A DNA stretch of 64,000 bases from the NCBI RefSeq assembly GCF_009914755.1, contig NC_060928.1; one strand, written 5' to 3'. The position numbers and the translations under genes are program-made. Shown here piece by piece: positions 57,489 through 64,000 of this stretch (its first letter is position 1; each line of letters begins with the position of its first letter). The stretch is from the human T2T-CHM13v2.0 reference genome, Homo sapiens. The notes beneath the pieces are model-generated. The model worked only from the letters and a program-made list of their open reading frames with translations. It was not told where the DNA came from and did not search any database.

Positions 57489-57986
57489 TAACCTATTCCC
57501 TGGTTGTATAGGCTATCTTGGAGACAAAACATCAGATACCATTCTCATATTAATTGAGGAAATTCTCAAAAGAATAAATTCTGTGCCCAGGAGACAAGGC
57601 AGAACTTCAGGCAAAACTGAAGAATTTGCTTCATTAATATAAAAAACATCACGAATGATATCAAACATCTATGTAAATACTTTTTGAAAGATACTCTAAT
57701 TCTCTTGGATAAGAAGGGGGAAAACTGGAGTTTTAACTACTAGAGCAAGATTACACATTAAAAGAATGACTACATAAATAAATATAGTAGTAAAATATTA
57801 AATATTTATATGGCATTTCATTATTTCTAGAACATATAGGTAAGTTTTAATCCGCTCAATCAAAATGAGGAAATAAAGCTTCCAATAAATGTTAATGTTT
57901 GGATTTTAATGTTAATCCATGTTAAATGTTACATGGCTAGTTAATTGGTGAAAGTCAGGCCTGGTATGCGGTCAAGCACTCTGCTT

Positions 57987-58028
57987 GACCCTACCACACC
58001 TTCTAAGGACCCTACCACACCTTCTAAG
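57987..58028. repeat. Perfect 21-bp tandem duplication
   Basis: gaccctaccacaccttctaag x2. Confidence 0.92.
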
Positions 58029-58077
58029 TAGCACATTTATTCTTTTAGGACATAGAAAAAATGTATGAACATAGTTA

Positions 58078-58254
<177 letters not shown>

Positions 58255-58991
58255 TTAGATAATCTGAGATTTCAGTAGTCTTATGTCAAGGATAAATGGA
58301 CAGGTGAAACTTTACTATGAATGATACCTCAAATTTCACCTGGGGTGTACATAACTTAAAAGGTTAAATAGCTTGTCCAATGGCTTAATGCAAGTTCATT
58401 AACAGAACTTGGGGCTCCTAATTTCTTACAGACACTCATGATCATATAATAGGCTGACTCCCTTCATCAGATACTCTGTACCTTTTGGTCCATGAACATG
58501 AAGAAAACAAAATGACTTCTAAAATAGTCATCAGTGCTAAAGTCAGACACGCTGGTCTTAAGTTTTGTCATTTTCATGAAAACTAAACCACTGTTCTTAT
58601 CAAGTACCCTTTAGATCACTACGTAATTTAGGGAAATTCTAGAAAGGCGTTTAATTATTTAAATGATTCCTTTTGGGTTCTGAGAAGTGTGAGAACTATA
58701 AAAACTAGAATATGGGAAAATAGGTATGACAATTTCTTTAAAAATGTTGAGTATGATAAACTGAATGAGCACGGGTCTTTCTTTCCAATGGAAAACTATG
58801 TACGTATTATTGATTCCAACTAGGAATCCATAAAAGCAATGATGGGCTTTCTTGAGGTATTTTCCTTTTTGCAAGTAAGTAACACATTTTCAACTGAGTT
58901 ACTTTATTGTCCATAAAAAGAAATTTTAAAATCTTATTTTTATGGGGCCATTCAGATTTCATATATCCAACAGTGGATCTGAGAAACTTAC

Positions 58992-59184
58992 TTTAGAATC
59001 AATGCTATAGCCGCTATCTGGGGTAGACGCCAGCGTCTCAGGAGGAGAACATCTCACAGAACCTGCAGATGTGGAAGATGACGATGTTGCTGCACTGCAG
59101 CAAAGGATCAGATAGTTTCTCCACAGGCCAATGTATGAGTCACTGCTTGTGGTGGTATTTACTTTCTTAGCATTGATGGGGCTA
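58992..59184 (-). CDS. FRYL: FRYL coding exon (193 nt, phase 2-0)
   Basis: ccttag|SPINAKKV...TPDSGYSIDSK|gtaagt. Confidence 0.93.
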
Positions 59185-59262
59185 CTAAGGAAAAAAAAAG
59201 AAAAATAGGCAGATATGAATAACACAACACGTTTTTAAAAGTTTATTTTAACTAATGCTAAA

Positions 59263-59567
59263 TTTCTTTTTTTTTTTTTTTGAGACAGAGTGTCACTCTG
59301 TCACCCAGGCCGGAGTGCAACTGGCATAATCTTGGCTCACTGCAACCTCCCCACCTCTCAGGCTCAAGTGATCCTCCCACCTCAGCCTCCAGAGTAGCTG
59401 GGACTACAGGTGTGTGCCATCACGCCCAGCAAATGTTTTGTATTTTTGGTAGAGATGAGGTTTCGTCATGTTGCCCAGGATGGTCTCTAACTCCTGAGCT
59501 CAGATGATCTACCTGCCTTGGCTTTCCAAAGTGCTGGGATTACAGGGGTGAGCCACCATGCCTGGCC
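59263..59567 (-). mobile_element. Alu (AluJ-like)
   Basis: TSD taatgctaa; lies about 80 nt upstream of the 59184 acceptor. Confidence 0.9.
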
Positions 59568-60689
59568 TAATGCTAATTAGAGAGATGGTTAGCATAAGGT
59601 TTTTATTACTAGTACTGTTTTTGTGGACTGATATCAATGAATAAAGTAATGGATTAAAAATTAAAATATGTTACCAGATCATTTTAACATTATTACTCCT
59701 GTGATAAAAGTTAATATTTTATTGGGCCATATTTTATAACTTACTATGCATACTCAATGTAGAAAGAAAACAAAATCAAAATCACCTTTAATCCCACATG
59801 AAAATAAACACTGCATATTCTATATATCTTTAATTCATATACATGAACTATAAGTGCATGAATACATCTCTTTTAATTTATACGAATTAAATGTTTATTT
59901 TATTTTGTATCTACCTTTTAGACTTACGTATTTTTCACCTCTCTATGTAAATTAATATACTTCTGTGACATTATTTTGATTAACTATATGCTATATCAAT
60001 ATAAAGTATCATATTTTATATAACCAAAGTTTTGTTGTTTGACATTTTAGCTAATAGCAATTTTTCCCTATTATACACAATACTATACATTTGAATATAT
60101 GGTTAATTATTTTCTTAGGTAATTCTTGAAAATGAAATCACAGAGTCAAAGAAGATACATATTTTCAAGGCTTCTGCCAAATTTCTGTCTTGAAAGATTA
60201 CATCAATAAAATATTTTGAAACAATTCCATAAATCTTTCCAAATACCGAAATTATGTTAGAATTAAGAACTGAGAGCAAAACGAAAGAGGAAAAATACAA
60301 ATATATAATCCTTGCCTTCAACTAGTTTTGTAATATGTTAAGGTAAGTAATGCAAACACATCACTTTGTTAATTCAGCAAGAGCATCATAGAACAATGTC
60401 CTAGTATGTTAGAAAACGATCTAAGCACTGGTAACGTATCAGTCAAAAAAACTGTCAAAAAAATCACTGCCCTCATGCAGGCCATGGGAGACATACAATA
60501 AAGAAATAAATAAAACAATGTCAGATGGTGCTAAGTTTGATGAAGAAAAATAGAGCAGAAAAGGGAGATAAAGAATGCTGGTAGGATATGGGGTTATAAT
60601 TTAAAATATGGTAATTAGGGAAGGCTACTTAAGGTCATAAATGGTATGCAAGGTGGCAAATGTCAATCTTTATTTAAAAAGTAACATCC

Positions 60690-60880
60690 AGACCAGGTGT
60701 GGTGGCTCATAGCTATAATCCCAGCACTTTGGGAGGCTGAAGTGGGAGGACTGCTTGAGCCCAGAAGTTCGACATTGCAATGAGCTATGATTACACCTCT
60801 GCATTCCAGCCTAAGTGACAGAGTGAGACCCTGCCTCTTTAAAAAAAAAACAAAAAACAAAACACAAAACAAAAAAGAAA
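60690..60880 (+). mobile_element. Monomeric Alu (FAM/FRAM-like)
   Basis: Single ~150-bp monomer with left-arm-like 5' end and right-arm-like 3' end, then A-rich tail. Confidence 0.8.
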
Positions 60881-61934
60881 TCCAATACACAATACCTGAG
60901 AACATATATATACAATTAGCATGTATATGTAGAAATATATATACATATATATATATTCAAATCCAAAAGTAAGAAGGACTACTCTGGGTAGGAAGTTTAA
61001 GAGATTTTAAAAAATAAGATTGAATTTGAACTATATTAGATACGGATATGCAAAAATTAAAAAAAAAAAGGTATCCTACGCTCATGTGAACAAAAGCTCA
61101 CAAAATGGAAACTATCAACCACACTTAATGAACTCTGAGGGGATAATTTGGTTCCAACTTTGAAAGTATTGATAGAAAGTAAGAAAAAAGGTACAGAGTG
61201 AAGTCAGGTTTGAAGAGCCTTTAATGTAGGCCTCCAGTGATAGGTCAATCCAGATGCTGGGTTTACATGGGCAAGTTATATGCTGAGAGGACTCATTCCA
61301 TTCAATGTGATCAGTGGTGTACTCTGTAAGGAGAAATCAGGAACCCAAACCCAGATTCAAAAATTCTCCTCTGTATTTAAGAGCAAAAAAACAAAACAAA
61401 ACAAAAACTAAGTGAAATTTATAATGACCTTGGTCAACTCTCCATTTCATCATCAGTTATTCCAAATCTTTACCAACATCCTCAAATCTCCTACTCAGTG
61501 TGTTATTACCACTCCCCACCAGAAGGTGGCCTTCCTTACACTGTCATCGGGAAAAGTAAGGCCACTGAGCTGAGTTTCGCTCTGCTTCTCACCCTTTATC
61601 TACAAACTTCTGTGTCTACATCCATACTCATCCTTAGATTCTTTCCCAATTTTTTCCCTTAACACAGATTCGATGGACACAACTATGTACCAAGTACAGT
61701 GTTATTAAGTAAATTAATAATTAAAATTTGGTGAGACTGTATTACATGAAAAGGATGAAGAAGTTATGAGACTATGTCCTTGACAACATTCTTCTCCCTC
61801 CTTAAGACATCAATGCAGTATCACATATTATTTATGGGCCTTCCAATCTGTAATACTTTTGAATTTTTCAAATAAATACATATGAAAGCTGACAGTCTAT
61901 ACATTTTTAAATTTACACTAGGAAAATAACTTAC

Positions 61935-62203
61935 TTTATATCGACCTGAGGGGACAACAACTGAAGTCTTGTGTATGCAAACATCCAAGCATAGCTCACA
62001 GCTGTAGAGCAGTGTTTAGGAAGATTTTCTTGCTTTAAAAAACTGGAGAGACTTATAATCCATGGGTCTTGGCCTTGGGTCACATGTGCAAATATCCATA
62101 TATGTGATGGACTAATCACATCAAACTGGTGGCTAATAGGAGAAGAGTTCCATTCTGCTAAAGTTTGTAAATCTATCGAGCTAGGGCAATAGAGCAAAGT
62201 AGT
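61935..62203 (-). CDS. FRYL: FRYL coding exon (269 nt, phase 0-2)
   Basis: atatag|TTLLYCPSSIDLQ...LQLLSPQVDI(N)|gtaagt. Confidence 0.93.
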
Positions 62204-62804
62204 CTATATGGAGAGGAAAAAATTGATTATTACACATTTCAATAACTTTGAAATTTTACCATATAAATTGCTTTAAACTGAAAGTGGTGTATTAGTAGTT
62301 TCTAAAACAAGATAATATAAAGTCCATGGTAGGTTGAAGGGAGTAGAGAATTCCTGAAACTGCATGTAAAGTTTCTGTATGTGCATACATGTCTTTTTTT
62401 TGGAGAGGGATTCCACTGTTTTCATTATTCTCAAGAGGACTATAAACCAAAGAAGTTCAGGACCACTATTTAAGTAATTCTTAAATAAATATCCAAATTT
62501 CATCGTATACCAAAAGCTGCCAGAGAACTAAAGAGTGAACCATTAACTTTCATGTTGACCTGTATCTATGTATGTGTGGAACAGACTCAAAAATGAGCTC
62601 TTCTCCAGAGGTATATATTCTTAAATACTTGTTCAATATTTGAACTCTTATACTGAAGAGATAAACATTTATGTTCAAAGAAAAGTATATTAAGCACTGC
62701 TTTAGGCACAAGAAACAAGTCATCCATTACTCTCTTTTTGGAATAATTCATAATTTATGGTTAATATCTAAAACAAAATGTTTTGAATTGTATAGATCCT
62801 TTCA

Positions 62805-62985
62805 TAAAATAACTAGAAGAGAGGCTTTTAAAGGTTCTTACCACAAATAAATGATAAACACATGAGATGATGGATACACTAACTACCCTGATTGGGTCAT
62901 TATACAATATAGACATGTATGGAAACATCAAATTGCACCGCATAAATATGTACAATTGTATCTATTTAAAAATAAATAAAAATTA
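62805..62985 (+). mobile_element. L1MA-like 3' end
   Basis: gatggatacactaactaccctgattgggtcattatacaat...ataaatatgtacaat plus A-rich tail. Confidence 0.75.
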
Positions 62986-63827
62986 AAAATTAGTTTTTTA
63001 AAAAGTTTAGCATCATGGTAGCATCATGGCGGGGGGGGAATTGTACAGATTTCTAATAATCTCTTAGGCTTATAAAACCTTATTACCTCCCTTGGCTACA
63101 TATAACTCATGAATTATAAGAATCAGGTGTTATGCCGCAAGCTCTTAATGTTATGCATTAACCTCTTGACCATGTATTCTAAAATAGGAGGAAATATTTT
63201 TAAATAGTAAGGTTTTATAGCTATTCTTACATCAACTTTGGAATCTTAATATATGACCTTTTACCCAACCAAGACCAAGCAAGAAAGTTTGCATAAACTT
63301 TGTTAGTAATATGTTTGTGGACAAAGTGTTTCTCTCCATTTTAATGAGTCAAATTACATATGACATTGGTATAAAACACTATGTACTTAATCCACTATAC
63401 TTAAACTTATGTGATACACAAAAAACAGTTGCCAAAAAAGCAGGGTGTAAGTTTTTGCTTTGAGTATCACCATTTTTTTCCCGTAGCATTTTCACAAGTA
63501 TTTCTATCTCACGAATATTATATGCCATAATAAAGAGCAAACGGTAGCATAAAGATTCCATTTAACAGAAACTTCTTAGATTGGAAGGATGAGAATTTTA
63601 CAAACATAAAATAATTTTTATTTCTATGTAGAAGAGTACTTAACCAAGTATAAATGAATGTCACTTTTTAAGTACTACTCTTAAGCATTTTCTACTTTTC
63701 AAAAATACTTTCTAACTCATTACATTTGTTAAGGAAGTTATTTTATGTATGCACATGTACATGTATACATATGTGTCTGTCTTAAGTCTCAAAACAAGAT
63801 TGGGTAGAATGAAGTCACTATAGTTAC

Positions 63828-63914
63828 CTGATCAGCCCCAGTGAGATGTATGAAACTCTCAAGAATGGATGGGCTTAGCCTGTCCATCACATCTATGGCT
63901 AATTCATCATCACC
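63828..63914 (-). CDS. FRYL: FRYL coding exon (87 nt, phase 0-0)
   Basis: ttacag|GDDELAIDVMDRLSPSILESFIHLTGADQ|gtaact. Confidence 0.93.
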
Positions 63915-64000
63915 CTGTAAAAAAGACATCATATGTCTAAAAAAATTAGGAATGTTTAAGCAAAGTAGCCAAACCCAAGTAAACACTAAAAATTCACTTC

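Overview
Human-type (primate, Alu-rich, AT-rich) genomic DNA lying entirely inside a large minus-strand gene. From the spliced translation I recognise it as FRYL (Furry-like/AF4p12, a scaffold of the Furry family that partners NDR kinases). I resolved 34 internal coding exons by hand; all have GT-AG boundaries and consistent phases, totalling 5517 nt (1839 codons). The start and stop codons are outside the window. The introns hold about 16 Alu elements, L1/L2/MIR and MER DNA-transposon remnants, a 3'-truncated retroposed U5 snRNA copy, and several local duplications. The most interesting stretch is 3.5-10.5 kb. It contains a 9-nt in-frame microexon (ELQ) in an SRRM4-type UGC context, two candidate stop-containing cassette exons, a ~54-bp YCAY-rich minisatellite, a 101-bp daughter copy of that minisatellite flanked by a perfect 17-bp duplication, and a hairpin-forming candidate alternative exon. 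I found no prokaryote-type system, CRISPR array or independent novel gene. Repeat family names come from memory of consensus sequences, and repeat boundaries are approximate.
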